Shown here: piece by piece, positions 23,501-36,700 of the stretch
How the letters are laid out: every line of letters starts with the position of its first letter
Numbering within the stretch: position 1 is the first letter of the stretch
Assembly: GCA_905178155.1 (NCBI GenBank)
Contig: CAJINV010000014.1
Span: 1,443,984-1,507,983, forward strand
DNA: 64,000 bases
Source of the DNA: Amoebophrya sp. A120
Taxonomy: Eukaryota; Protista; Dinoflagellata
Reading direction: 5' to 3'
Translations under genes and position numbers: made by a program
Notes under the pieces: generated by a model
What the model was told of the DNA's origin: nothing
What the model saw: only the letters and a program-made list of their open reading frames with translations
The model's database searches: none

Positions 23501-26500
23501 AGCGGGAGACGGGAGCAGCTGGTGAGTACTAGCACGAAGAAACCTGGCAAAAACAATGACCAACAAGACGATGAGGATGACAATGCCCAGATGGAAGACG
23601 AAGAAGACAAGGTAATCGAGCAATTTCTCGTGACGCAGGGCATCCCCGCGGGGTTCGACTACCGAGCCAGTCGGATTGAGGACAGGTTTTTGCGGAAGCA
23701 GGAGCTAGAATACGACTCGCCGAAACGGCGGAGAAATGACAAAGCGACGAAGCTGCTTTTGACGGATTTCCGGGAAGACTTGGACCAGATCCTACACAGG
23801 CTCACCCGAGCCCGTGCGGCGCAGGCAGTGGCGGATTTTGTGGAGAAAGCGCACTCGGCAGAAGACGATCGCGAGTTCGGGGACATTTTCGACAGGGAGA
23901 AGGACGGAATAAAACAGACGGAGCAAGACATGGATAAGTTGTTGATTCATCAGGTTTATCAAGTGCAAAAATGTCTGGGTATGGAAGAATACAAACTTGT
24001 GATGCGCATTTCAGAACACAGAAAAATCTCTCATGCATAGGCAGCAAAAGATGCCCGCTTTCTGTCACCAAAGTCAAGGATTTGTCATGCGGATTCGGCA
24101 TTGCGAACGCTTCGCGAAACCTGTGTTGCTAGAGCTTCCATGCCAGCCCTTCTGTGTCATGCAAAAACAGCGTTACTCTTCCAGACCCAGACACATTTGC
24201 ATTTCATAAGGTTTTGAGACTCACCGAGTCTCTCGGCGAGGTAGAGAAAGAGTTTTTGCAACACACGGGAGACAGCCCGGACGGGTCGCCTGTAGGAGGA
24301 GACGGTGCTGGAACTACAACTATGTCGAGGAACAAGCAATACCAACAGGTGAAAGTCCCTTCTTTGTCATTTCCCCCTGCTGCTGCAGAGGAAGAACTGC
24401 CCCCGGAGTTCGCTTTCAACCCCTTCGTGCGGATTACCGTGAACAATGAGTATGCATTGCAAAAGTATCGTACTAGCTATAAATTGCAATACAAATTGGC
24501 TCAGCATTACAAACTGAATTTGTAATGCGCATCTGCCTTTAGAAAAAGAGTTGTGATGCATATAAGCATAGAGCAATTAGTACGAGTGCGATACTTTTGC
24601 ACAGGATACCGAGCACGATTTGACGAATCCGGGCGATTTGGAGAATTTTATCGTGGACATAGTGTGCTCCGACAGCAGTAGAACAAATCCAGACGGTTAT
24701 GCTCCTGATGCCGCGAAAAATAACAGCGTCAGCGAGGAGGTTTTGAATGAGGACGTCTGCATCCGGCGGCAGTTCCTCGAGCAAAACCCCGAAACGGGCG
24801 AGCAGACGGAGTCAGCCCCTGCGATCGTGTATAACCTGCTCAGGTGTTACAATCTCAAACGATGCAATTGAATCTGGAATTTGTGTTGCATGATGAGCAT
24901 GACAGACTCGCACAGCGTTCCACCTTTTGCAATACAAATTTCGCCAGATTCTAGTGCGGATTGGGCCTCCAGAACTTGTCATGCGCAATCCTGTGGGAGT
25001 AGGCTAGGTCATGCACTCTTGCATCACAGATTACCATATTCTATGTTAACGTTTGAGATTGTAACAGCTGAGCGCGCTATATCGTGTTTCACGGAAATCT
25101 GAAGGCCTGGTTCAAAACGGCGATCGGGAAAACGTTCGGAAACGACAGCTCGGTGGAGCAAATCGAGTTGGAGCATTTGGTGCGGTTGATTTTCCGAAAC
25201 TTCTTCTCCCCGGTCGTGTATCAAGCCGTGTGGTTCAGTAGGTTTTCCGAGCAGGGAGACGCAAACGGGGCGACTTTCGGGGGCACGACCGGTAGTCCGT
25301 CCCCGTCGGGAAGAAAAAGAGCAGCGAGTAGTGGTTCCGGCGCAATAAATGCTGTAGAACAACATCAAAACTCTGTCGGCTATAGGATGAGAATCCCGCT
25401 GTTCATTGACTCGACGAAAGAGGTTCGGGTCAGCACTCTGGACGAAGCAGGTGCTGACCAGCAAGACGGAATAAACAACGGGGAACCAGCTGGTGCAGCC
25501 CCAGGAGTACAACAACCTTCGGACAGCAGCCGCTCAGGCCAGAGCAAGACAAACAGCACGCCGAGATCCGGCCGATCTAACAGTCGATCGCCGAAGAAGA
25601 AGCGGAAGAGATCGAACGCAGGGGGGAGTAGAGGACGGAAGATCGGTATGCAAGAAAAAAACTGTGTTAGTGGAGGTGTGTCTTCGAGTGGCAGCATGAC
25701 AAACTCTCTGCATAACAGAGAAAGTTTGTCATGCACAGCAAGCTAGCACGTGAAAACTAAAAATGCATGAGCAGAGGTGGACTTCATGAGTGCTTGGCGC
25801 GACAAGTGTAACTGTTTTGCATTTTCCGCATCACAGACTTACACGGTTTTTTTCTTGCATGATCGGGTTTGATGAGGTAACCCAGGAAGAGATCATCGAG
25901 CAACTGGTGGAAATTAGCATTTCACCCAACGTCGAACAACAAGCTGGGGATATTAAGCAAGCCGTGCAAACTTGGAAAAAGCAGCACTTTTTCACCGACC
26001 GGTGTCTGGTTGTGAAACAAAACGAGGCCAGTTGGGTGATCATTACTCAACACGACACCCTCAACATTGCTCGGAACCTTTTATTGCTGCCGGAATCACC
26101 GCCGGACTCTGTTCTCGTCTTCAGTCATCGGGGACAGCAGGACTTGTCGTTCTTAAGCGGGACAGATGAGACACAACAACAAGCAGCACCCGGTGGAGCG
26201 CTTCTAGAGCAGAAAGTATGCGGAGTAAAAACATCCCCACCCCAGAGTCAAGATGCGGACTTTGCAACACAAACCCAGAAGTTTTGGGAGTCGCGCATGA
26301 CAAATTGTAGTCAGTAGTGTAGTGCAGGGTGGCAAGGAGAGCCGCAATACAGATCCAGCTGCTCATCCTGTTTACAGCAATTACAAATGCCAAAACACGA
26401 TTGGAAATGCCCCCCATAGAGATGCGCATTACAAATGTTCCCGTCGTCGCACATTTGCATGACAACTCTGGGGTGGGTACTTTTTTGGTGAGGATAGAAA

Positions 26501-26710
26501 GCGGTCCAAGCGCTCGAGCAACAGGAATTGTTCCGCTTCACTGCGCCGCCCCGGGGGAGCAACGAGAAGACGGTCTTGACGCAGATTGAGACGAAACTGA
26601 ACAAGATTCTGGTGCAAGTTGGGGGGTTTGCGGGGACGAATTTAGCCGCGTCGAGTAGCGAGTGGGAACCGCCGGATGGGGGCTTCGACGCCGGGTTGGG
26701 GATGGAGTGA
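20567..26710 (+). CDS. Large low-complexity/coiled-coil hypothetical protein (about 1395 aa, 10 exons)
   Basis: Exons 20567-22168, 22372-22532, 22686-22860, 23041-23086, 23325-23956, 24214-24450, 24614-24829, 25087-25646, 25867-26216, 26502-26710 (4188 nt, in frame); two GT-AG introns plus seven TIR elements. Confidence 0.75.
22169..22366. mobile_element. TIR introner, family F
   Basis: TATCCACTGGAAATTTCCTGTACA...TGTACGGGAAATTTATTGCATTGCATA; flanks GATCA/GAGCA. Confidence 0.8.
23087..23319. mobile_element. TIR introner, family D
   Basis: TATGGCGTTCTCAAACGTTACATTCTCAACTG...CAGTTGAGAATGTAACAGCTGAGAGCGCCATA; TSD ATCGC. Confidence 0.92.
23957..24208. mobile_element. TIR introner, family A
   Basis: Family A TIRs; TSD AGGTT, which also permits a GT-AG register; reverse-complement relative of 57570. 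Confidence 0.92.
24451..24608. mobile_element. TIR introner, family B
   Basis: TATGCATTGCAAAAGTATCGTACTAG...CGAGTGCGATACTTTTGCACAGGATA; flanks ATGAG/CCGAG. Confidence 0.88.
24830..25081. mobile_element. TIR introner, family D
   Basis: TATAACCTGCTCAGGTGTTACAATCTCAAACG...CGTTTGAGATTGTAACAGCTGAGCGCGCTATA; TSD TCGTG. Confidence 0.88.
25647..25861. mobile_element. TIR introner, family K
   Basis: TATGCAAGAAAAAAACTGTGT...ACACGGTTTTTTTCTTGCATG; TSD ATCGG. Confidence 0.88.
26217..26496. mobile_element. TIR introner, family J
   Basis: TATGCGGAGTAAAAACATCCCCACCCCAGAGT...ACTCTGGGGTGGGTACTTTTTTGGTGAGGATA; TSD GAAAG; same 280-bp length as 11703. Confidence 0.85.
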
Positions 26711-29083
26711 GGAGGAAGATGGATGAAGATTAATTTGGTTTTCTTGCTTCAAGGATTCAAGAAGGGAAAAAAACCAAAGTGGGGCGCATTTTTACTAGAA
26801 CAGCATCCAAAGTGGGGCGCACTTTTATTAGAACAGCAGGACCGCCTATCACGCAATTCGGTTTTACACTACTTATTCTGCTGCACCACAGGCAGCTTAG
26901 AAATTCAAACAATAGCCTAATTTATTACAACTCATCTACTTTGTGACGAAGTTTTGTGATATGATGTATTTCCACAACATTCATGACTACGCACAGGTGC
27001 AGTAGCATTCACTTTCAATTCGCACTCTCTGACACCAATGGAACAGGAACACACAAGATGACAGATGGTAATGAACTACAGGATGAGCTTTCGCTTTCGC
27101 GCAGAACTACCTGTACCCACAACTACCAGTACTAGACATGGATTGACTCAAACATGGCTTTGTTTTGCCTGCTACACAGCATGAGCATAAGTTCCTACAA
27201 CTCCGGCTTCGAAACGAAAAGCGGAGCAGCCGTGTTCATTACAGCAAGTGATTATAGACATCTTTAAATTAGTTGCGTCGCAAGGCAAGGGCGTATTTTT
27301 TTTGTGATTCAACAAAAGAACAGAAAAGCTCAATGCCGATGTCCTTGTCCTAGTCCTCTTGTCTTGAGAAATCATCGATCTGAAGATAAGTTTTATTAAG
27401 TTTAAAAAAACACAAAGAAATGCTATTTGTCGGTCTTTGTCGAGCGAATATATCTGCGAAATTGCAGTATCGGTTATAGCTATTTTTTCTGATACAACGT
27501 GGGACGGCGTTTTCTTCTTTTTTTTTTTTGCCAAAGAATCGATTTTCTTGATGGCCTCCTACAACAACAATCGGCGATTGGCAAGTAGACCTCGATGAAG
27601 ATGCCAACTTATGACGACGTCGACGAGAGAACATGAAGAATACAACTTCATGGTGTGTTCGAAGAGGAAGACGAAGAGAAGGAAAAACAAAAACTTATTT
27701 TTTTGTAGAAGCAAGCGGACCATCACCATCACCATGAATGCAATCGATTCGGTGTACGTTCATCTCGATTATCATTTTCGTCCTCGGAATAAACTGGCAC
27801 AAACAAGAACACAAGATTTTCTTTTGCATTTTCGTACACTGGTAAGACGACTCGCGGCTCTCAGTCTCCTCAACAGCGGTCGATGTTTGTAATTTGTTCG
27901 TCGATTGAAACAGCTCGCGACTAGCTGTAGAAAGTGTGAAGTACTAGTACACCATTTTCGGCGTCCAACAACACGACATTTGCAACACGTTCTATTCCCT
28001 AAAACAATATGAACGACGCGCCGCATTTCTAATTCGTCCGTAGGTATTGCGAGCAGAGAGAAGCTGAAGCTCCGATAATTTTTAGACCAGCAGCAAAGGT
28101 GATGAAACGCGTAAACGTAGTAGGACTCGTACAAGCTGCAAGAAGTAGAAGTGCAAAACGGACAAGGCAAGAAAGCTGATTCATCTTGTTTGAAAACTAC
28201 TTTCTTCATCAATTTCATTTGCACGACCAAAAAACCCCCCCACAGGACATGAAAGGTGAAAAGAAGTGCGTGCAACCCACAAGTTGTCCACAAGTTCGAG
28301 TATAGTTTTATTCAAGTAAGTAAAAAAATTAAAATAACTGTTAGTTGTACGCAAGACAGTTCGTCTAGAAACCTGTTTATCAGCAGTATCGTTCAGTAGT
28401 TTTGGCTTGGATTACAGCAGATTTATCGAGGATTTATTTCGGAATACAACTCTACTTTTTTTGGCTAAAGAAACCTGTTTTGACAAGAGTACTTATTCTA
28501 CTTGTATCAAGCTGCCTGTACAGATTCGCAGCTTCTGCAACAAAGTAGAACTTCTGAGTTTTTTTATCAAGAAATCAAGAATCTGAAATATCTGTTTTTT
28601 CCAACTCACCGAGACGAAAAGAACAACTAGTACATACTCTGGTAAGGCAGCTCTAGAGAACGTTTTGACATTAACATCTTCATCTACCACAACATTTTTA
28701 GTACTAACCTCAACCTCTATACAACCCTAACCCACAGCCGGTTTAATATTTTCGATTTGCACAGGTCTGCTTTCTGGAAAAGCAGCTACAGATCGTGTAA
28801 TAGACTGGCTATTGTGCAGCCTCGGATAAGTAAATCTACAAAAAGTTTACACTACCCAGCACCCACTTTTTTTGCTGTAAGAAAAACACATCTTCATATC
28901 ACGAAATAAAACCCTGTAGTTGTTTTGGCCAGGTGGAAGAGTTACGGGGGAAATAAGTAAATACCGGATCATTTGAGGGCAACAAGAGGTGCTGTCGCAG
29001 CTTGTATAAGCTGAGACCACATCAAGTCTGCCATATTTGTACAACTTCATCTCTAATTTGTTTTTTTTTTACCCAAAAGAAAA

Positions 29084-32000
29084 ATGAAAACGCAAAGCAT
29101 GGATGACTCTGTGATGGCTTCGACGGCGGCTCCGCTGTCCGGCGAAAGCTTTCACGACGATGTGGCGTTCGACTTCGAGGCAGCTATCAACCCGGACGTG
29201 ACCAGTGTAAAGAAAAATAAGGTCACGGACCTCAGCTCCCCCCTGTCAAGCGACCATGAGAGCCAATACACCACGGGAAAGCCGGTATAGAACTTCTTTC
29301 AGTTTCTTGCATTATTGTAGTTGTATTTTCAATTGGCTTTGGCTACTACTTCTGTAGTGTAGTCAAAGTAGATGCAGCTTGAAATTGATTTTTTCGCTCT
29401 TCCATTTATTTCCAATCAATTTTGGATCGTCAAAGTTCGGAAAAAACACTAACCAGGCAACGAAGATTATCGAGATTCATCTCCCCCCGCCGCCGTCCCA
29501 GGAGATCACACGGGAAAAGTCGTTCACCCCGAGATACGGCACCAACGTGGTGTTCGACGATTTGAAGCCGATCGAAAAGACCCTGTCACCAACGACGTTG
29601 CTCTTCACCAGTGTCAGGCCGGGAGCGGGCATCGAGTGCTGGAAGATCTGTACTTTCGTTTTTCGATTGGTTTTTTTGTTGATGTTCTTTTCGATGGTTT
29701 CCATCATGTTCATGATGATCCAAGTAGTTGTTCTACAGCCGAGGAAAGGGCATCGCCATGTGATGCTTCGAATCTGTCTCTGTCATGCACACAGGCGTGG
29801 CTTGACCTTGAGCCGCTTTTCCCTTTGATGACATTTTTCTTCTGGTGCATAAAAAAAAAAATATCTATCATGCAAATAAAATCGTAATCACAACCAAAAC
29901 CAAACTTTTCAGGCAACAAAATCATGTCTTTGTTGTCTAAGCGGCAGACGAGCGGATATGAAATGGACATGAAGATTCGGGGAACCACGATGTGCGTTAG
30001 CCAGCTCTCGCCGCCGTGCGCTATTACCTTGACTCCGTTCCAGGACCTGCAGACCAACCGTTTCGCGGTGGAATTTCGACGTATAGGATTTAGGCGAGTT
30101 TTGCTTATATTTATTTTACGGTAGCAAAAATAAGAAGAACAGCAACATTACAGCACCTGTTGACCAAACAGCTGCCCACATACAGCAGTACTAGAATGTG
30201 AAATAATTTTATGATTTGTCGTAGCTTTTGTTCAAGGAATCGCTCCCCAATACAAAAAATAGAAATACGAAGCCGAAGACGAAAATATTAAAATCATGAA
30301 ATAAATACTACCAGGCGAGTCTGGCGGCGTTTCCACTTACTCCGACCTGTTTCACTCTGTGAAGCAGGAGCTGGTTACTGACCCGAACGTGCAGTTGGTG
30401 GAAAACGACGCCGATGAGGTGTCCACGGAGTCGAGTTTGGACCTGAACCTGGACTGGATGCCGGACTTCACGAACAAATCCGCCATCGACAGTGACGGGT
30501 TGGATTACGTCGCGCTGGACGCCGATTACGTCGAGAATAAGTGCAGCAGCCCCGAGCAGCTGTACAGCATGACGCAGTGCGGCTACTCGCAGGAGGCGGC
30601 GGAATTGTTGAAGAGCGTGCCGATTGAGTCCATGAACACCAAGGAGTTCTGGATGACGGTCAAGCTCCTGCTCGGCGCGGATCAGTCCGCGATCGCGGTC
30701 AACGGGACTCTCAACTACTGCATCCAGAAGACGGATATGCAATTTGCAAAAGTGATAATGTTGTCGCACTCGTAGTAGCATTAGCATGTTTATTCTGCAG
30801 TCATGCATGACAATATTACCACTCCGTAGAAAAATCAGCATTACAAATTCTGTTTTTCATTCTAAAAAAATTGTATTGCAATTTCTACTATATGCGACGC
30901 TTTTGTAAAAATGCATAACCAAGAAGAACCCGGTGTTCGGCGTGCAGCTGGTCGAGGTGGGTCTTGGCCGCATGGCGGCCGACCTGTGCGCCCTGGAGAG
31001 TTGCCAGAGCATGTCGATTATGCACTGCAAATGTGTCTGGGTCTCCTGGAAACTTGTGATGCATGTCACCGAATAATAACCACACTGTAATGCACCGCCA
31101 AGCATGACAGATTTTTTCGTGGCTTTGTGTTGCGTATACCGCATGAGAAACATCGTTTTTGCATGATAAACTGCGTTTCGTTTTCCGCATGGCCAACTGC
31201 GTTTCTGCATGACAAACTGCGTTTTTGCATGACAATCGTGCTCTTCAATGTTCCTTCTGCGAGCAAGATCTAATCCCTTTTTTGGTGTTTACGGTTTTTT
31301 CACGCGACGGATCTAAATAGAGTTACAACCGAAAAAGAAATGATCTCTATGCATGACGACGGGGGCCTCCAGTAGTGGATCACTAGCAATTTATACTTCC
31401 ATCGGGGAGATAACCTCGAAAACAAATCTTCATTGTTTTTTTTTCATTTTTGTTCACCCTCTTCTAGCGCTAAGAAGCCTCCGTCGATCCTCTTTCCCGA
31501 AAAAGGTCCAGTTTTTACCCCGTTACTACTCGCCGTGGAGTAGTTTTTTTTTTTTGCGCTTTTGGATCATTAACTTAGTAGGCCCCTAAAGTGGGAAAAG
31601 ACAACAAAAGCAAAGCTTCGGCCCCAAGGCGCGCAGATTGTCCGTCCCCCCCCTTACAAACTTGGACCCCAGGTTCTCCTTGCGCCGCACCCACGACAGA
31701 GCAGACCGGAAAGAGGATCCGCGCCGAAGACTTTGCATGAAAACAGAAGAAAAAGGGACGAAGAAATCAAGTCCGCAAAACATATGCACGACATGTGAGG
31801 CCACCAGTGCGAAACCTCCCGCGGAGTTTTTGCCTAACTTAGCCTGCGATCATGGTCGTGAATAGACCCGAAAAATTTTTCATATCCGGCAACAGTTCGC
31901 CGAACAGTCCCAGCACCCCCCAGAGTAGCCCCCCCAACTACTCGCCCGAGCCAATGATCCCACTCGTGCTTTGCACCAACATAGGATGGGCTCATCTTCT

Positions 32001-33768
32001 CGCTTCCGGGGGGTGCAAATTGGTATCTAACCGACATTGTGCCAAGAGGAGGGCCTCCCCGGGACCGCCTGGCGAAAGCCTGCCACGGGTTTCACTGTCC
32101 ACGGGTGGCGTTGCGGGTAATCCTGGCGAAAGCCAAAAACCGGCAGAAAATGGGGCCACGGAAGAGTTCTTGCTGGACATTACCAACATTTGCCCATGCA
32201 GAGCCGTCCTCTTGCCGGACACAACCAACATCTGTCCGAAACAGCCTAGGGCCAAGACGACACCGTGAGGACGACCACAGGGGGTTCGTCTCAATGATGA
32301 TGATGATGATGATGATGATGATAGACAAGAGGAGGTCTTCGTGGCCACGCAATACAGAGTTCAGAGTCATGCCAAACTAGCATGATAAATCTCGCAATCT
32401 TCCAGACCCAGACATTTTTGCATTTGATAGCTTTTGCGCGCAAGGCGATGGCGTTGCTCAACGTGCTGGCGCACTCCTTGTGGCAGCTCCCGAAGGAGGA
32501 ATACGTATTCATTGATAAACAGTTGCGTTTTTGTGTTGATAATTTACTCACGGAACGCCGGGCCATTTCAGCTCGTCTGAGATCCCAAAAAGATCCTATC
32601 AAGATCCTGGCCGCTGGGCTACTTCCGCGCCCCGAAATTACGAATCAGGCCCAATGTTTTGGCCTTCGCTTTGCCTCCTTTATATAGCAAATTCGCGCGG
32701 CCTTTTCTGGGCGTGTCGCATAGCTGCCGAGCCTATCCCGAGAGCGGCCCTGTTTGGGAAGCGCGATTTTTTTTTCCTGTTGCGGGGGTATGTCGGTACT
32801 TTACGGCCACGCAAAACTTGGCGCGGGCCAGCCGTTAGGGAACGCGCCGCCCGCCGCGGCCAGCGTGTCGCTTTGCCTCTCCTATCTGGTGTGCTTCTGT
32901 AGTTTTTTCGTGGTAGTCGTGGACATTGGGAAGGGGGTGGCGCAGAGGTATTTCGACTGCAGGCATTCTACCTGCCCAGCATCCGGGAGCCCGCAGAGGG
33001 GCGATGGCCTTTGGCACGATGCGGGGGGTGCCAAGTGTTTTGCTTCTTGGGGTCGCGGGGATCGGCAGGCCAATCCTGCAGAGAGCGTGTCAAGCAAGGG
33101 TGGGAGTTGTCTCCCCGCGGCATAATTTTCGTATTCAGGAGCATTTTCCAGTGGAATTCGGCCGGGCATGGGGCCACTTTCCGGAGTTCATGGCCGCCGC
33201 CTCCATTTTCAAAAGTTCCGATCAAATGCCGAACAAGGTCCTCTCAGATGCCTCTTTTTTTGCGCCGCCAAATCCATAGATTCTAGTCGGGGGAGAGGCC
33301 AGGAGAAGCGGCAAAAAAAGTGTCCTCTGGACAGGATCTTGATCGGAACTCTATCGGATCTTGAGCGGAACTTTTTAGGAACTTTTTTCTCGCCTCTGAA
33401 CGGGGAATTATTCACACTGTGGCAGCTCCCGAAGGAGGAATACGTATTCATTGATAAACAGTTGCGTTTTTCTTGTGTTGATAAAGGAAGCTGCATATTA
33501 GATAGAAGAATATACGGCTGTATTGTTATGCAAGAACACAGATTTTATTCGTGCGTCGTGATGAATTACTTGCGATGTAGTTGCAAAAAGAACCCAAAAA
33601 TTCGAATCACTTTGAAAAATACAGACCGAGCCCCTGGTGGAGGCGGTGAAGGATTTTATCGCTGTTTTGGAGGAAGACCGTTCCATGGAAAAGGAGGTTT
33701 CCGAGGGAGTGCAGAAGGCTCAGGGTGTGGTGCAGGAGTTTCTGGAGGCGACCGCGAACCAGGCGTAG
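29084..33768 (+). CDS. Single-pass membrane hypothetical protein (about 445 aa, 7 exons)
   Basis: Exons 29084-29284, 29457-29723, 29942-30080, 30315-30735, 30923-31018, 32435-32504, 33625-33768 (1338 nt, in frame); TM segment FVFRLVFLLMFFSMVSIMFMMI. The join across 31019-32434 is less certain. Confidence 0.6.
30736..30917. mobile_element. TIR introner, family B (degenerate)
   Basis: TATGCAATTTGCAAAAG...CTTTTGTAAAAATGCATA; flanks ACGGA/ACCAA; frame restored. Confidence 0.75.
31019..32429. mobile_element. Family A TIR introner expanded by a nested 1.09-kb insert (31236-32323)
   Basis: The two halves align consecutively with the reverse complement of 39504-39756; outer flanks are diverged (TCGAT/GCTTT) but the frame is restored; insert flanked by GACAA and ends in (ATG)9. 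Confidence 0.7.
32479..33484. mobile_element. 875-bp insert (32543-33417) flanked by a direct repeat of about 64 bp
   Basis: TGTGGCAGCTCCCGAAGGAGGAATACGTATTCATTGATAAACAGTTGCGTTTTT..GTGTTGATAA at 32479-32542 and 33418-33484. Confidence 0.7.
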
Positions 33769-36700
33769 AATAGTATTAAACACCTGGAAAAATAAGAACA
33801 ACATGCACCGGTCGGAAAAGTAATGAAAATCTCCATCCTTCCAACAAGAACAAAACAAGCTCTTGGCACTGAAAAAGAACACGACCCAGCAGCAGCTACC
33901 TAATCCTCCGTCAGCAAGAGTTATGATCCACCTATCAGAACAACAACACAAGTATACAGCAATTATAAGATCTCGGCCCGCACGTAGTAAGTTTATTCGG
34001 GGGCTTTCTTTATCACGGTCGAAAGGCGACAATCAACACTCGCAGTAGGCTTTGTCTTAGGGAAAGATTTCTGAAAAAAAGTGTGGACGAGGCTCGAAGT
34101 GATTCTATGAAAACCTAGAATCTTCCTTAGTTTTACAAATTTTGCTATCGCGCGACGTCTTTCGTCAACTAAAATCCTGGTCGTAGCAGGGTTGTTGGCC
34201 ACCGTATAAAGAAGTTAGACTAAGATCGCGTAGGGCAGAATTCAGAAGGTGCAAGCGGTTTAGTCGGTGGGCACTCGTACTCGTCGAGCAGAAAATTGCA
34301 CTAGTACTTCGCTTTTCCGAAAAATAGCAAAAATAAAAAATATGGATGAAGTCAAACAACATTTTTCACATTACTCTATCAATCTATTCTAACTCTTAAA
34401 AGCTTTATGTTTATATATGATGCGAAAAACCAAATATCAATAAAAAAGCAATTTGATCAACTTTCACGGTTGTTGGTAAGAATAAAATCCTAGAGCAAAA
34501 ATTCTGTATGTGGGCTTGTTGCTGCAAATCAGTAGCGTTATTCTCTTCCTACTTGTAGTAACAAACCCGGATTTTTTCTTTTTTTTCAAGAACTAGATTT
34601 TTCCACGACCGGAAGAAGAAATTTACATAAATCTCCTATCTCAGCTGTAGAGTTGTTCTATCACAGTCTGAGAACAAAGGAGATCAATATCCTGCAGCTC
34701 GCGCGTTGGCGTGTATCGTTTTGATCGACGTACTATCGGGGGAAATAAAATTTTAGTACTCGTTTATTGTCTTCATTATGTTGGGGAGTAGTTTTAGTTT
34801 AAGACTTTGGAAAACCACACGCAAGCCTTAAATGAACAAGGTCGCGGACGGTAAAAATAACAGAAGGTCTCGCACAGCACAAGAACACAACAAGTAAGAA
34901 CTCTCCTCAATTTATAAAGATGATACAGAGCAGCGAGTCTACTGACTACGCAAGAGAATCATATTTGTACAAGATCGGAGAAGAGTTAGCGGGCCACCAT
35001 AGATACATAGGACTTGTAGCGAGGTAGCCGCCGCCCAACTACTTCTAGACGCCACGTCTGCTTTGATGAAAGGCAGGCCGATTTTGACAAATTGTCATTG
35101 TCTTGCTACGGGACATCGAGAACGGCCGCGACATTTGTAGTCTTTGAAAAAGTTTTTCTATAAGGGCCCAAGCCACAAGTTGCTTGCCCAGCTTGTCTTT
35201 TTCTTGAAGTAGCGCTAACCACGTGAGGAGAAAGCAAAAACTTTCAAGAGGATTCCACGTGACCACTCACAACAAACAAACAAACAAGAATGAAAATCCA
35301 ATGCATAGGCCACTTGAAAATTCTTTATGGAAAAGCGAAGAGCTGCAATTGATGCAAGAACTTCTTTATCAAAGCGTTGTACTTTGTACATTTATTGATA
35401 AAGAGATTTCGTCCTATAGATTTTTACTCTACTCCATCTATAGTGCCGAGGTTAATAGGTAAACATCAAGCAACAAGCATCGCCACCAAAATTTTGTGCA
35501 GTTCACTGCAATTTTTACATTGCTATTGTAATATTTCATAAATTTTCAACATCGTCAAGCGCATCTGCGGACAGAGCTACGAGTTTTTTTTATCTGTGGC
35601 TGCTGTAACATTGGAAGCAGGCTAGTAATTGTGTCGTTGTGTAAAAACGGTTCCTGGCGAATTGAGTTTTTACTCTATCCACTGCGCAGGCAACACTTCT
35701 TGTTATCAGCTGACAGAAAAGCTTGTAGATGTCGCGTTTGAGGAGCATTGGACAGACTGTTTCTTGACTTGTAAAAATATTTTTAGTATTGTACTGCGTT
35801 ATTGACTTGGATACCAAGGTTTTGTCAAAAATTTCGATGCTGCTTATTCAGTTGCGAAAACTGGGTCGGGAAAAATTGAAATGCTGTATCATCAGCTACA
35901 CCTCGATACAACTTGCGCCCAAAAATAATCGAAATTTAGGCAATTCCTTGTGAAAAGCTACAGGCAAAACAAAAAATCCTCCACCCTGCGAGATTAGCAT
36001 GTGACAAGGGTACTATTCATCTCTGAAAGCCAAGATCAGCGATTCTAGTGAAGAAGCTTTGAGGACAAATGGATCGAAAAAACATCGAGACTGATGTGTA
36101 AGTACAACAATTCACCAGCAATAAAGTGCATTTCTTCACAACAAATCCATGGAGTAGGAGACCACAGACTCTTGTTTTACTAGTCGGCAGCAGGTCGTGA
36201 AGCTTTTTTACCAGCGCCGGGGGTCATAGTAGTTATTGGATAATTTTAGAAAGTTGACAAAAATGTTGACCGCATCCAGAAAATTTCTTCGTCTAAGACC
36301 AGCTCTGAGATGAAGTGGTTTCTTGGTGGAAGTCGAAATTATATCTAGTAAAACTGTAGATCGACTACACGCAAAAAAAAAATCTTCACTCCGATGACTT
36401 CTTACGATCATATTTTTCATTCAAAATCCGCTCCTTTAACTTGATGCTAGTCTCGAGGATCGTCGTTTGTGATGGTTCTTGGGTACTATGTTCTATCTAG
36501 AGCGGCGTAGTTACAGAACGGAGCAGTAGCGTCAAAACTTTAGTTTTTTGGTCACTAGTTTGCTGCTCTCGGGGACGAGGAGGAAAAAGCTAATCTGGAC
36601 GATGAACAAAAAAAATCATCGTCGAAGACGAAGAAGCATAAGATGACAACAACTACGGGTTTGAAGATATTTCATAAGCAGAAATCGAAGGGACGATTTT

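Noticed and set aside
32294-32322. Poly-Met/His/Ile/Ser ORFs
   Set aside because: Artefact of the (ATG)9 microsatellite
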